DNA from: Eledone cirrhosa
Lineage: Eukaryota
Assembly (NCBI GenBank): GCA_964016885.1
Contig: OZ024750.1
Location: 17,732,001-17,796,000, forward strand
Direction of reading: 5' to 3'
DNA length: 64,000 nt
This document shows positions 40,752-53,668 of the stretch, piece by piece; the stretch's first letter is position 1; each line of letters opens with the position of its first letter. A model generated the notes under the pieces. That model saw only the letters and a list, made by a program, of their open reading frames with translations, searched no databases and was not told the origin of the DNA. A program made the position numbers and the translations under genes.

Positions 40752-42309
40752 TTATAGGTGCATGTGTTTGTGGAATACTCAGTTCTAATGCAAGCTGGGC
40801 TGTACATGTAATTCAATGGGTTAGCTTTCTCGCACATTGTCCTGCTGCATCCTCTCAAGAGTTACACGTTAAAGCCACATGTATGTGGAATGGAATGCTC
40901 AGACACTTTCACATTAATTCCACAAGCAGGCTGTATTGTTGATCAAACAACTGGCACATTCATCATCAGAACTGCTGGGGTCCAACATTCCCTCTAACCC
41001 CAATTAACATACATTATCAAAAGAAGGAAGAAACTCCCATTCAGTTATGACTGACCATGAGGTTGTACCGAGAAGGCTTTCTAAGGTACAAGCCTGGGCA
41101 AGGTGTTTTGTGGAAGACCAACAGACACCTATACATGCTAGTTTCCCACCTCCACAACATTGATGTTATCTAAGAGACAGGTAAAGACTAATACAGCTTG
41201 GCAGCAGTGACGTCACAACTCACTTTTACCATCTGAGTTAACTGTAGTAACATGGAATAAGATGTCTTCCTCAAGTAAACAACATGCCAGTCAGCCTAGG
41301 AATTGAACTCATGATCTTACAATCGTGAGCTCAGCACCCTAACCACTAAGCCACATTTCCTTCACTATACATTATCAATCTTCACAATATCAGAGAGAGA
41401 AATACGTTTTGTTAATTATTTTATTTTAATTTAATTCAATTTATTTTATAAATTCAAGTTACAGGTTTATTATTATTATTATCTTTTTTTTTTTTTTTTG
41501 TATTTTTTCGTTTTTTCCCCCAAAACTTTTCTTGCAGAAGCCCGACAAATCCCAGTCTGTCAGGTATAGATACAACAATCAACAGAAGTTTAAAAGGGTA
41601 ATAATAATAATAACAATAATCATAATAATAATTATAATACACAATATACAATTAGGAAAGCTTTATACTATTTTGGTTTTAATATTTAAACTGCTAACGA
41701 ATTTTATTATTATGTAACAGTAGCTTTTTTTTTTTTTATTATCATAGTTTAGTCTGTGTGTGTGAGTGTGTGTACCACTGGTACAATTCTACACCAATTT
41801 TTTCAGTCACTGCACTTTTATTAAATATAATTGTAATTTAACTCTGAACATCCTGTTATAATTAGCAGAAAATATTCTAAAAACAAGTATGTTAATTGAA
41901 ATATTTGTAGTTTCTTTACTACTGGATAAATTGTTGTGAAAAATTGCAGTATCAGAATAAAGACTTCAATTTTTAATGTGATTCAGTCATTGTGCTGGTT
42001 TGTACTTGGCAAGTATGCCTTGCTAATGTGGTTTGATACAGTACAGGACGTTGAGAGTTAACCTTTTGAACCATGTGCCCCCTCTCATGTGTGCAGTCCC
42101 TAACCTTCGGTGTCTACATGGAAATCATTGAAAAAAAAAAAAAATTAGTTTTCTATTAAACCTAGAAAAAATTTATTAAATTTCAAAACATGACAAAAAT
42201 CTCAGCAGTGTCTTAGCAAAGAACTTAGGCTGATGCTATGATGTAAAACAGTTGCTGATTTGTACAGAAAATGGTGTAAATAACAGTAAAAAACAGGTGT
42301 GTGGTAGAA

Positions 42310-42620
42310 AAGTATACTGGGATGGTGGGATATAGTCAAACATTGTTGGTGCTGGAATGGTAGAATATAGTCAATTATTGTTGGTACCAAACTAGCAGAT
42401 TGGTGGGATATAGTCAAACATTGTTGGTACTAGGATGGTGGGATATAGTCAAACATTGTTGGTACTAGGATGGTGGGATATAGTCGATCATTGTTGGTGA
42501 TGGGATGGTTGGAATATAGTCCATTGTCAGTACTGGAATACTGGGATATAGTTTAGTATTGGTACTGGGATGGTGGGGTGGTAGTCACGCATTAGTATTG
42601 AGGTGGCAAAATATAGTAAA
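42310..42620. repeat. 35-bp degenerate tandem repeat
   Basis: Unit ggatggtgggatatagtcaaacattgttggtacta. Confidence 0.8.
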
Positions 42621-43553
42621 ACATCATTATTACCAAGATGAGGGTGTTAAATATACACCATTTGTTTTTAACCACCTGCCTGTTCAGTTCAATCAAGATG
42701 AGGATGGCCACCTGCAAGAACGAGTCTCCGTAAGGTGGATTGAATCTTTCAGCTCATCTCTTTTACCATTCTTCAGAGGTTAATTTGAGATTTTGTCCAG
42801 TGCTGAGACTGAACAATGTTCACATTTACTGTAAATTCTTTAAGACATTATCAATCATCATCATCATCTTTATCATTTTGATGTCTGCTTTTCCATACTG
42901 GCTTCAGTTGGGTGAAACTTTTTTGAGGCAATTTTTCTATAGCCAGATATTCTTCCTGACACCAACAGATACTATCAAGTATGGTTTATACACTGCTAAT
43001 CTTTGTTGAACTTCTAATTTATGTGATATATTGTTTATATAGGACATAAACAACACCACTTGCTTTAAATAGTGTCTATATAAAGAAACACACACTCTCA
43101 CTCTCATTCATGTACAAGCTACCAGATTATTCTCATATATTCCATATTTTGGCATAGTTTCTACAGCTCAATACTTTTCATAATGTTAAATATTTTACAA
43201 AGTATACTGGGTGCATTTTATCATGGCACAGAAAAATTCTTTAGTTCATCTTCAACTTAATTTGAAATTAGAATTTAGTACGATTTTTACACACTACATT
43301 TTTTGTAGGTGATGTTTTGTAATATCTGGGTAGATGTTAATGGGGGTTATTCAAGCTCATTGATTTAGTTCTAGTGTTTAGTTTGTTGGGACAATGAAAC
43401 ACAGAATTTATGTCTATAATTTAACCTCTGAAAATATTCTTTAATTCATTTATCAATATGGAAACTGGAATTAGCTTTAAGCATAGTAATAAATCAGTCT
43501 GGCTTCAAAAAATATCATGCATATGTGTATATACATACATTATATATAATATA

Positions 43554-43711
43554 CCATATTTCCCGGCGTCGAAGATGCTACTTTTTTTTTCCTAAAATCT
43601 TCCATGCGTCCTGGAGGCCGAAGGTTGTTTATTATTTTTTTTCAAAATTTTGGTTGTCAAAATTAGAGTGCGTCCTCAAGGACAAAGCATCTTCGGCGCC
43701 GGCAAATATGG
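43554..43711. mobile_element. Tc1/mariner-pogo-type MITE with TA TSD
   Basis: TA|ccatatttcccggcgtcgaagatgct...agcatcttcggcgccggcaaatatgg|TA. 26-bp TIR with 2 mismatches. Confidence 0.8.
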
Positions 43712-44317
43712 TATGTATATTAAATATATTCTCATCATCACCTTTGGGCAGGTTTTCTGATGGAGTGTTTTATGTCACTAACTTTTTTAGTCACCTCTTA
43801 TGACATGCAGGGATACAATGTAGCTTTTCTAAAACTGGGAAACACATGGACTGTGTGTGTGTGTCATCATCATCATCGCGTGTGTAAATCTAAATTTGAC
43901 TCTTGTGTACTCACAGGGTTGTCAGATAAGACTCATTAAGCATGTATGTATATTATATGGATATGTGTGTATGTGTGTATATATATATATAGAGAGAGAG
44001 AGTGAGAGAGAGATTGGGAGGTGAAAAAAAGACTCAATGCATGTTGCAATAAAGATTTTACACATGTGAAGTAATGTGTTGCTACATGTTGCAATAATGT
44101 TACATGTAACAGAAATGACATTACATGTGTTAATTTTACACACTTGAAATAATGTGTTGCTCCCTGTTGCAATAAAGATGTTACCGGTATGAAACAATGT
44201 GCTGTAACATGTGTGGATGAAAACTTATAATGTTCTAGCATCCTCTTATAATCTCAAAGAGGAATATTCTTTGTGGAAGATCTGATGTTCACTGGCTATT
44301 CCACTGAACATTGTGGA

Positions 44318-44550
44318 TTGGCAGTATCGGTGGAGGGTCGGACGCCATGCTTTCCAGCATAGTTGCGTCCCTTTACGATCTGAGTTCAAATCCCGCCGAG
44401 GTTGACTTTACCTTTCATCCTTATGGGGTCGATAAAAATAAAGTACCAGTAATGCACTGGGTAATTGCTGGCCTTGTGCCTAAAGTAGAAACAATTATTT
44501 AATGCACTGGGTAATTGCTGGCTTTGTGCCTAAAGTAGAAACAATTATTT
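44318..44550 (+). mobile_element. Second tRNA-derived SINE family with a Meta-domain-like core (other copies at about 1836-2080, 14885-15217, 33490-33950, 44665-44960, 51374-51552 and 60810-60920)
   Basis: B box gagttcaaatc followed by cctttcatcct..ggggtcgataaaa..aagtaccag. The tail is duplicated in this copy. Confidence 0.7.
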
Positions 44551-46042
44551 TATAATGACCCAATTATGCCACATTTTTTAGGCATAATCTGGATGCAAAT
44601 TATACTTCTGTCATTCTGTCTGCCTCTCTCTCTCTCTCTCTTTCTATAAAGTATATATATATATGGCAGTGAATTGGCAGAGTCATTAGAACGTCAGATA
44701 GAATGCTTTATGGTATTCATTCCAGCTCTCTGCTCTTGAGTTCAAATCCTGTCGAGGTCAACTTTGCCTTTCATCCTTTCGAGGTTGGTAAAAAAAAGTA
44801 CCAGTCTAATACTGGGATCATTTCTTCCTCTCTCTCTCTGGAAGAAATCCGCTTTACTCGGGCATGGAGAGGGATGGGCCCACCAGGCTTAAAATGCCCA
44901 AGTAACACAGTATGTCAATACAGAACCCCTACGACTCTATCAGAAGTTACGGGATCATATATGTATATATATGGCTATGTGATTAAGAATTTTGCTTCTT
45001 AGCCACATGATCTTGAGTTTTGTCCCATTGCATGGCAATTTTTTTCTTTCATAGCCTTGGGCTGACAAATATTTTGAGTGATTTTGGTAGATGGAAACTT
45101 CAGAAAGCCAATCATGTGTGTGTCAGTCACCGAAAACGTATATTGACATCACCCATAAGTTTTTTTTTTTAAATGCCTGCATTGACAATTGTCTACTATA
45201 AACATGTCCGACATTGTAGTCGCTCGAAAATGCCAGTGCCATGTACCATAGTTAGGACAATATATTGGTCAGTGTTGAAAGGATGTATGGGTGTAAAAGA
45301 AATCCACCAGAAGAAAAGACCTTGCCTAACTGATGTAGGCATTGGAAAACGGGTGTAAAACTGATGATGATGATGATATTTATTGATGTAGACTATGTTA
45401 CATCTGAGCAGATTCTGGGTTTCATAAACTAATTTCTTGAAGCCTTGTTTTGGCAAGGATTATCAACAACTATATTTTCACATGCTCATGCTGCTTTGAA
45501 ACCCAGGCTCCACTCAGATACAATATAGACTATATGTATAAATTCTTTCAAATATATAATTCTGAAACTAATTCCCTCAATGTTTTTGGCATGCTTTCTT
45601 TTAATCTGACCTTGCTTTATATACTTACAGTTGTTCTGCATTTCTAAATACCATCATAACAGCCTAAACCTCCCCCTGCCTTTGTTAAGATTAAGTCGTA
45701 GTTTCAGCTAGCATGATTTATTTTCATTTTCTTTAATCGCTTTTTGTACTTCTATAATTTCTGCTTTTTTAAAAATATTATTTGAAAGTAAAAATTGTTT
45801 TCTCTCAAGCTTTAAAAATTATATCTGTTTGTTGCTGTTATTGTTGTAAATCTGGTGTTATTGTTGTAAATCTGTTGTTATTGTTGTAAATCTGTTGTTC
45901 TTGTTGTTGCCGTGTTCTAATCTAATGAAATACATGAATATTTTGTCTGTTGTTTTGTAAAAAAAATTATTATTTTATTATAATTAGTTGCAGCTCATGA
46001 AAAAGTGCTAGAGTAAGCCGACAGAAAGTTATATATTTAAGG

Positions 46043-49000
46043 GACAGTAGCCTCACACAGTGATACCATCTCTTTCTAATGGTATGTTGTATATTTGAGA
46101 GACAGTAGCCTCACACAGTGGTACCATCTCTTTCTAATGGTATGTTGTATATTTGAGGGACAGTAGCCTCCCACAGTGGTACCATCTCTTTCTAATGGTA
46201 TGTTGTATATTTAAAAGACAGTAGCCTCACACAGTGGTACCATCTCTTTCTAATGGTATGTTGTATATTTGAGGGACAGTAGCCTCCCACAGTGGTACCA
46301 TCTCTTTCTAATGGTATGTTGTATATTTGAGGGACAGTAGCCTCCCACAGTGGTACCATCTCTTTCTAATGGTATGTTGTGTATTTGAGGGACAGTAGCC
46401 TCACACAGTGGTACCATCTCTTTCTAATGGTATGTTGTATATTTGAGGGACAGTAGCCTCACACAGTGGTACCATCTCTTTCTAATGGTATGTTGTATAT
46501 TTGAGAGACAGTAGCCTCCCACAGTGGTACCATCTCTTTCTAATGGTATGTTGTATATTTGAGGGACAGTAGCCTCACACAGTGGTACCATCTCTTTCTA
46601 ATGGTATGTTGTATATTTGAGGGACAGTAGCCTCCCACAGTGGTACCATCTCTTTCTAATGGTATGTTGTATATTTGAGGGACAGTAGCCTCCCACAGTG
46701 GTACCATCTCTTTCTAATGGTATGTTGTATATTTGAGGGACAGTAGCCTCCCACAGTGGTACCATCTCTTTCTAATGGTATGTTGTATATTTGAGGGACA
46801 GTAGCCTCACACAGTGGTACCATCTCTTTCTAATGGTATGTTGTATATTTGAGGGACAGTAGCCTCCCACAGTGGTACCATCTCTTTCTAATGGTATGTT
46901 GTATATTTGAGGGACAGTAGCCTCACACAGTGGTACCATCTCTTTCTAATGGTATGTTGTATATTTGAGGGACAGTAGCCTCACACAGTGGTACCATCTC
47001 TTTCTAATGGTATGTTGTATATTTGAGGGACAGTAGCCTCACACAGTGGTACCATCTCTTTCTAATGGTATGTTGTATATTTGAGAGACAGTAGCCTCAC
47101 ACAGTGGTACCATCTCTTTCTAATGGTATGTTGTATATTTGAGAGACAGTAGCCTCACACAGTGGTACCATCTCTTTCTAATGGTATGTTGTATATTTAA
47201 AAGACAGTAGCCTCACACAGTGGTACCATCTCTTTCTAATGGTATGTTGTATATTTGAAGGACAGTAGCCTCACACAGTGGTACCATCTCTTTCTAATGG
47301 TATGTTGTATATTTAAAAGACAGTAGCCTCACACAGTGGTACCATCTCTTTCTAATGGTATGTTGTATATTTGAGAGACAGTAGCCTCACACAGTGGTAC
47401 CATCTCTTTCTAATGGTATGTTGTATATTTGAAGGACAGTAGCCTCACACAGTGGTACCATCTCTTTCTAATGGTATGTTGTATATTTGAGAGACAGTAG
47501 CCTCACACAGTGGTACCATCTCTTTCTAATGGTATGTTGTATATTTGAGAGACAGTAGCCTCACACAGTGGTACCATCTCTTTCTAATGGTATGTTGTAT
47601 ATTTAAAAGACAGTAGCCTCACACAGTGGTACCATCTCTTTCTAATGGTATGTTGTATATTTGAAGGACAGTAGCCTCACACAGTGGTACCATCTCTTTC
47701 TAATGGTATGTTGTATATTTAAAAGACAGTAGCCTCACACAGTGGTACCATCTCTTTCTAATGGTATGTTGTATATTTGAAGGACAGTAGCCTCACACAG
47801 TGGTACCATCTCTTTCTAATGGTATGTTGTATATTTAAAAGACAGTAGCCTCACACAGTGGTACCATCTCTTTCTAATGGTATGTTGTATATTTGAAGGA
47901 CAGTAGCCTCACACAGTGGTACCATCTCTTTCTAATGGTATGTTGTATATTTAAAAGACAGTAGCCTCACACAGTGGTACCATCTCTTTCTAATGGTATG
48001 TTGTATATTTGAAGGACAGTAGCCTCACACAGTGGTACCATCTCTTTCTAATGGTATGTTGTATATTTGAGGGACAGTAGCCTCACACAGTGGTACCATC
48101 TCTTTCTAATGGTATGTTGTATATTTAAAAGACAGTAGCCTCACACAGTGGTACCATCTCTTTCTAATGGTATGTTGTATATTTGAAGGACAGTAGCCTC
48201 ACACAGTGGTACCATCTCTTTCTAATGGTATGTTGTATATTTGAAGGACAGTAGCCTCACACAGTGGTACCATCTCTTTCTAATGGTATGTTGTATATTT
48301 GAGAGACAGTAGCCTCACACAGTGGTACCATCTCTTTCTAATGGTATGTTGTATATTTGAGGGACAGTAGCCTCCCACAGTGGTACCATCTCTTTCTAAT
48401 GGTATGTTGTATATTTAAAAGACAGTAGCCTCACACAGTGGTACCATCTCTTTCTAATGGTATGTTGTATATTTGAGAGACAGTAGCCTCACACAGTGGT
48501 ACCATCTCTTTCTAATGGTATGTTGTATATTTGAGAGACAGTAGCCTCACACAGTGGTACCATCTCTTTCTAATGGTATGTTGTATATTTGAAGGACAGT
48601 AGCCTCCCACAGTGGTACCATCTCTTTCTAATGGTATGTTGTATATTTGAGAGACAGTAGCCTCACACAGTGGTACCATCTCTTTCTAATGGTATGTTGT
48701 ATATTTGAGGGACAGTAGCCTCACACAGTGGTACCATCTCTTTCTAATGGTATGTTGTATATTTGAGGGACAGTAGCCTCCCACAGTGGTACCATCTCTT
48801 TCTAATGGTATGTTGTATATTTGAGAGACAGTAGCCTCACACAGTGGTACCATCTCTTTCTAATGGTATGTTGTATATTTGAGGGACAGTAGCCTCACAC
48901 AGTGGTACCATCTCTTTCTAATGGTATGTTGTATATTTGAGGGACAGTAGCCTCACACAGTGGTACCATCTCTTTCTAATGGTATGTTGTATATTTGAGG

Positions 49001-49555
49001 GACAGTAGCCTCACACAGTGGTACCATCTCTTTCTAATGGTATGTTGTATATTTGAGAGACAGTAGCCTCACACAGTGGTACCATCTCTTTCTAATGGTA
49101 TGTTGTATATTTGAGGGACAGTAGCCTCCCACAGTGGTACCATCTCTTTCTAATGGTATGTTGTATATTTGAGGGACAGTAGCCTCCCACAGTGGTACCA
49201 TCTCTTTCTAATGGTATGTTGTATATTTGAGGGACAGTAGCCTCACACAGTGATACCATCTCTTTCTAATGGTATGTTGTATATTTGAGAGACAGTAGCC
49301 TCACACAGTGGTACCATCTCTTTCTAATGGTATGTTGTATATTTGAGGGACAGTAGCCTCACACAGTGGTACCATCTCTTTCTAATGGTATATTGTATAT
49401 TTGAGGGACAGTAGCCTCCCACAGTGGTACCATCTCTTTCTAATGGTATGTTGTATATTTGAGAGACAGTAGCCTCCCACAGTGGTACCATCTCTTTCTA
49501 ATGGTATGTTGTATATTTAAAAGACAGTAGCCTCACACAGTGGTACCATCTCTTT
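46043..49555. repeat. 58-bp tandem array, 60 full copies plus 1 partial
   Basis: Unit gacagtagcctc(a/c)cacagtggtaccatctctttctaatggtatgttgtatatttRARR. Copy 61 starts at 49523 = 46043 + 60 x 58. Confidence 0.98.
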
Positions 49556-50048
49556 AAAAATAAAATTTAACAGATTCAAAAATAAATCATACCATTACTA
49601 ATAAATTATAATCTAAAATATTGCCAGATCTCAGAAGTGTTGATATGTTTTCACTTCTGGAGTAATTTAATACAGTAACTTTTATAAAATGAAAACCACA
49701 GATTGTATAGATAATCTACTTAGTGTAGTGTATAGAATAATTGCTAATATTTCTTATTAAATCAAAGGTTAATTGAAAGTATTTGTCACAACTTGCTAGA
49801 GTTTACAATATATGGTGCATACATGGCTGTGTGGTAAACCAGTGTTTACCACACAACCATAATAATTCTTATTTTATCAGTTGATCACTAGTTTTAGAGA
49901 GTTTTAGCTGGGTTTCTTTGTTTTTTTTTCAGACTTAAAGTATCGACATGTGCATCACAATTTATGATATTTTCCAATTTTTATTACATATATTTTTATA
50001 AATATATTTAGGTTATTGTTATATTTTCCACCCTTTCTATTCCTGAAG

Positions 50049-50177
50049 ACCAAACTGCCACCTCCACCTACAACTAACAGAGGAGAACCTCTTCAAGCTC
50101 ACCAATGGACAAATTTACTGGATGCTGATGGAAAGGTTACTAATGTTGATGAAGTGAAGCAAATTATATTTCGTGGC
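50049..50177 (+). CDS. TBC1D15: TBC1D15 exon 7 (TKLPPPP...KQIIFRG)
   Basis: Pyrimidine tract plus aag acceptor, GGC|gtaagt donor, 129 nt. Confidence 0.9.
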
Positions 50178-50782
50178 GTAAGTAAATTGTTACACTTGTG
50201 TTTGGGTTTTCTGTTTCTGAGAACGAAATGTTATTTCAATACTGGACATAACGTTCTCTTATGTTCCTTTGAAAATAGAGCGAAATGATTTGAAGACGTT
50301 TTACAATACAAGATGTACTGTTATATAGGATTTAAAGAAACATTATCTCAAAACTGAACTGTTCATTTAGAGAGACTACCTTGATGTCCGACAGCAGCAT
50401 CTTTAGGGATGGATGAGTATACTGGTTCTCATCTGACTCACTTCTAAAGGCAAGCAAAAATACCCAAAAGTGTTGTTTGGTTAATAATAATTTTTTATTT
50501 AGGCATAAGGTCAATAATTTGTTAAGGAGGTGAAGTCAATTACATTGACCCTAGTACGTAACTGGTACTATATTTTGTCAAACCAAGAAGGATATCTAAA
50601 GTTGACCTCAGCAAGATTTGACCCCAGAACATAAAGGGTTGTAACTAAATGCTGCAAAGTATTTTGTCTGACACAGTAATAATAAATTACTGAAAAAATA
50701 TTTATGCTCCATTTTTATTCATAAAGTTTTTCCATTTTTATTTATAATTTTTCTTCATTTTTTTTGCACCCCTCCACTTTAG

Positions 50783-50886
50783 GGAATTGAACCTACAATG
50801 CGTGTAGAAGTGTGGAAGTTTCTTCTGGATTTTTATAAATGGGATTCTACCAAGAAAAGCAGAGAAGAAGAAAGAAAGAGAAAAGT
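50783..50886 (+). CDS. TBC1D15: TBC1D15 exon 8 (GIEPTMRVEVWKFLL...)
   Basis: tttag acceptor, GT|gtaagt donor, 104 nt. TBC motif RxxxW. Confidence 0.93.
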
Positions 50887-51198
50887 GTAAGTTAACCTGG
50901 AAAATTTCAAGATTACCATTTTATTAGTGCCACCTATTTAGTTTTGTTGTTCAAGTAGTTCAAACAAACACCTCCCATCAACACTAAGATGTTCTTGTCA
51001 CAATGTTTCAGCCTTGTACCCTCCATATAACATTGTTTAACTATACATATATAGATTATACAGAGTTTGGCTGGAAAGAACAAACAACACCCGAGTTACA
51101 TTTGAAACTAATAAGTCCCAAATAGGTTAAAATTGCAGTTCATTGGTTCTCATACAGAGGATTTAACCCCCCACCAAATATTCTACAATGCGGTTTAA

Positions 51199-51576
51199 CC
51201 CTTTAGCATTTAAACCAGCTATATCCGGCCAAAATTCTCTCACCTCTTTCTGTTCAAACTGGCTGTAACCAGCCACTCATACTGATGTTAAGGTATTGTT
51301 CTCAAAATAAATAATATCAAATAATATCAATATATTATGTGAGATAAAAGCCTTTACCACTAAAATATAATAATTTTTTTCTACGTTTGGCACAAGGCCA
51401 GCAATTATCCAGTGCATTACTGGTACTTTATTTTATCGACCCCCGTAAGGATGAAAGGCAAAGTTAACCTCGGCGGGACTTGAACTCAGACCGTAAAGGG
51501 ACGTAACTATGCTAGAAAGCATGGCATCCGACCCTCTACTGATACTGCCAAATGGTATACTGTAAATGCTAAAGCA
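51199..51576 (+). mobile_element. piggyBac-type MITE, family A, interrupted by a SINE (about 51374-51552, minus strand)
   Basis: Left TIR after TTAA, right TIR taaatgctaaag at 51563-51574, SINE in between. Confidence 0.75.
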
Positions 51577-51638
51577 TTAAAATTGAAAATATATTGTCAA
51601 TTGTTAAAATAACTAAACTATTTTTTTTAAAACTCTAG

Positions 51639-51733
51639 CGATGATTATTTTAAAATGAAACTGCAGTGGAAAACTATAAGTGCAGATCAAGAAAGTCGGT
51701 TTACTAAACTAAAAGACAGCAAGGCACTTATAG
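51639..51733 (+). CDS. TBC1D15: TBC1D15 exon 9 (DDYFKMKLQWKTIS...ALI)
   Basis: ctag acceptor, TAG|gtgagt donor, 95 nt, phase 2 to 1. Confidence 0.93.
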
Positions 51734-51986
51734 GTGAGTATATATGTGAGTGTGTATTATGTTATTGGGGTGTATATATGTGTGTGTGTGTGTGTGCGTA
51801 TTGTTATAAGTGAGTATATATATATATATATATATGTGTGTATTATGTTATAGGCGAGTGTATGTGTGTGTGTGTATTATGTTATAGGTGAGTATATATA
51901 TATGTGTATTGTCATAGGTGAGTGTATATATGTGTGTATTATGTTATAGGTGAGTATATATGTGTGTGTGAATATATATATATATA

Positions 51987-52321
51987 TCATCATCATCATT
52001 TTACGTCTGCTTTTCCCTGCTTGCAAGGGTGGGACGGGAACTGATTCTGGCTTCATTTCTACAGCTGGATGTCCTTCCTAACACCAACCTCATTTACAGT
52101 GAGTGCTGGGTGCTTTTTTGCCGTGGCACCTCCACGACCACTTTGCAGTGGAATGATATGAACCCCAGTCCCTACTATCTCATTTCTACAGCTGAGTAAA
52201 CTGGAGCAATGTGAAATAAAGTGTCTTGCTCAAGGAAACAACACATCACCCGGTCTGAGAATTGAACTCACAACCTTTCGATTGCAAGACCAATGCTCTA
52301 ACCACTAAGCCATGTGCCTCC
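51987..52321 (-). mobile_element. Young tRNA-derived SINE, same family
   Basis: Reverse complement of 16804-17147. Flanked by (TA)n on both sides. Confidence 0.85.
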
Positions 52322-53095
52322 ACATATATATATATATATATGTATGTATGTATGTATGTTCTTCTGGTTTTATAATTTCACAAAGTTTTACCAATAGAGA
52401 GAGAGTTGGTTTCTAATATAGACACAAGACTCTCTCATTGGAATTTACACATCATCAACTAGGTAGATTATGTATGCATGCATGCATGTGTAGATATGGA
52501 TGTTATTGTATGTGTGGATGTGTATGTTTTGAGTTGTATGTGTGCATGTGTATATGCTTTGTATCTGTACATGTGTATATGCAGTTATTAGATGCAAAAT
52601 TTTTGGAATGTTTTACATATTTTTACTGTTCCATTAATGGATTGTACTTGTAGTTTCCTAACTAGTTGTGTTCTTTCTGTTCCTGTGAAGCCTAGCTTCT
52701 CAAGATTTGTATTGAGGCAGTTACTAACATATCACAGGCATAAATCTGAAGGTGTAATCAGGGTGGAGTATCTGCAGATTTCTCATCAGTTCTGCATAAA
52801 TATTCTCCTTTTCACTAATCTTTGATATTATATTGGCATCTGCTGGGCAGCTAATTTCCACTACTGTATGTATGTGTGTGTGTATGTATGTATATATATG
52901 TGTGTGTGTGTGTGTGTATAATGATATTGGTTGGTGTGTATAATGTTACAGGTGGCATGGTTTCTATACTTTGATGGTCTTCTTAACACCAACATATTGT
53001 CTTTATGCTTCAGCTTCGGCTTGTTCCTGTGGGAAGTTGGGTCTTCTGTATAACTAAATAATTAGTTTATTTTGTCTGTTTTCTATTTTCCTCAG

Positions 53096-53212
53096 AAAAA
53101 GATGTATCGAGAACAGATCGGACTCACAAGTTCTTTGAAGGAGATGGCAACCATAACTTACAGGTTCTAAATGACATCCTCAGGACATATTGCATGTATA
53201 ACTTTGATCTTA
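53096..53212 (+). CDS. TBC1D15: TBC1D15 exon 10 (EKDVSRTDR...MYNFDL), arginine finger
   Basis: ctcag acceptor, A|gtaagt donor, 117 nt. Confidence 0.95.
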
Positions 53213-53326
53213 GTAAGTTGGGCATTCATAACTTCACTATTGTTACTGTCTGATTTATTCTTTTCAATCATTAAATTGTGGCCATGCTGGGACCTTGACT
53301 GATTCATGTTATATTTCACAACTAGC

Positions 53327-53668
53327 TTCTTCTTCTTCTCCCACTTATTCCTGAAAGGTTCGTGGGGGCAGAGTCCTCAAACATTCCTTCCAGTGGGTCC
53401 TGTCAGAAGCAACCGTTTCCAACTGATCCAGCTGGATCCCCAAGCATGACCAGCCAAGCTCATGGATGTTATCTTGCTCGGGGTCTACCCCTGGGTCTCT
53501 TGCCAACTGGTTTTGCCCATAGAATCTGTCCAGCGATTCTTTCCTGAGACATTCAAACCACAATATCGGAGCCCATAATATCGGAGCTGTGATCTCTCAA
53601 TTCGGAAAAGTAGCAGCTCTACCTGTGAACTGCTCTTGTCACCTCAGAGGCTGAAGTCACAAGAGCAG
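53327..53668 (-). mobile_element. 5'-truncated RTE-like LINE with (GAA)n tail and 12-bp TSD
   Basis: TSD ttcacaactagc at 53315-53326 and 53669-53680. Translates to RIERSQLRYYG..GKRPRGRP..DRTHWKECL. Confidence 0.75.

Noticed and set aside
46043-49555. CRISPR-like appearance of the 58-bp array
   Set aside because: No unique spacers (only a 4-nt purine slot varies), no cas genes, and the context is a eukaryotic intron.
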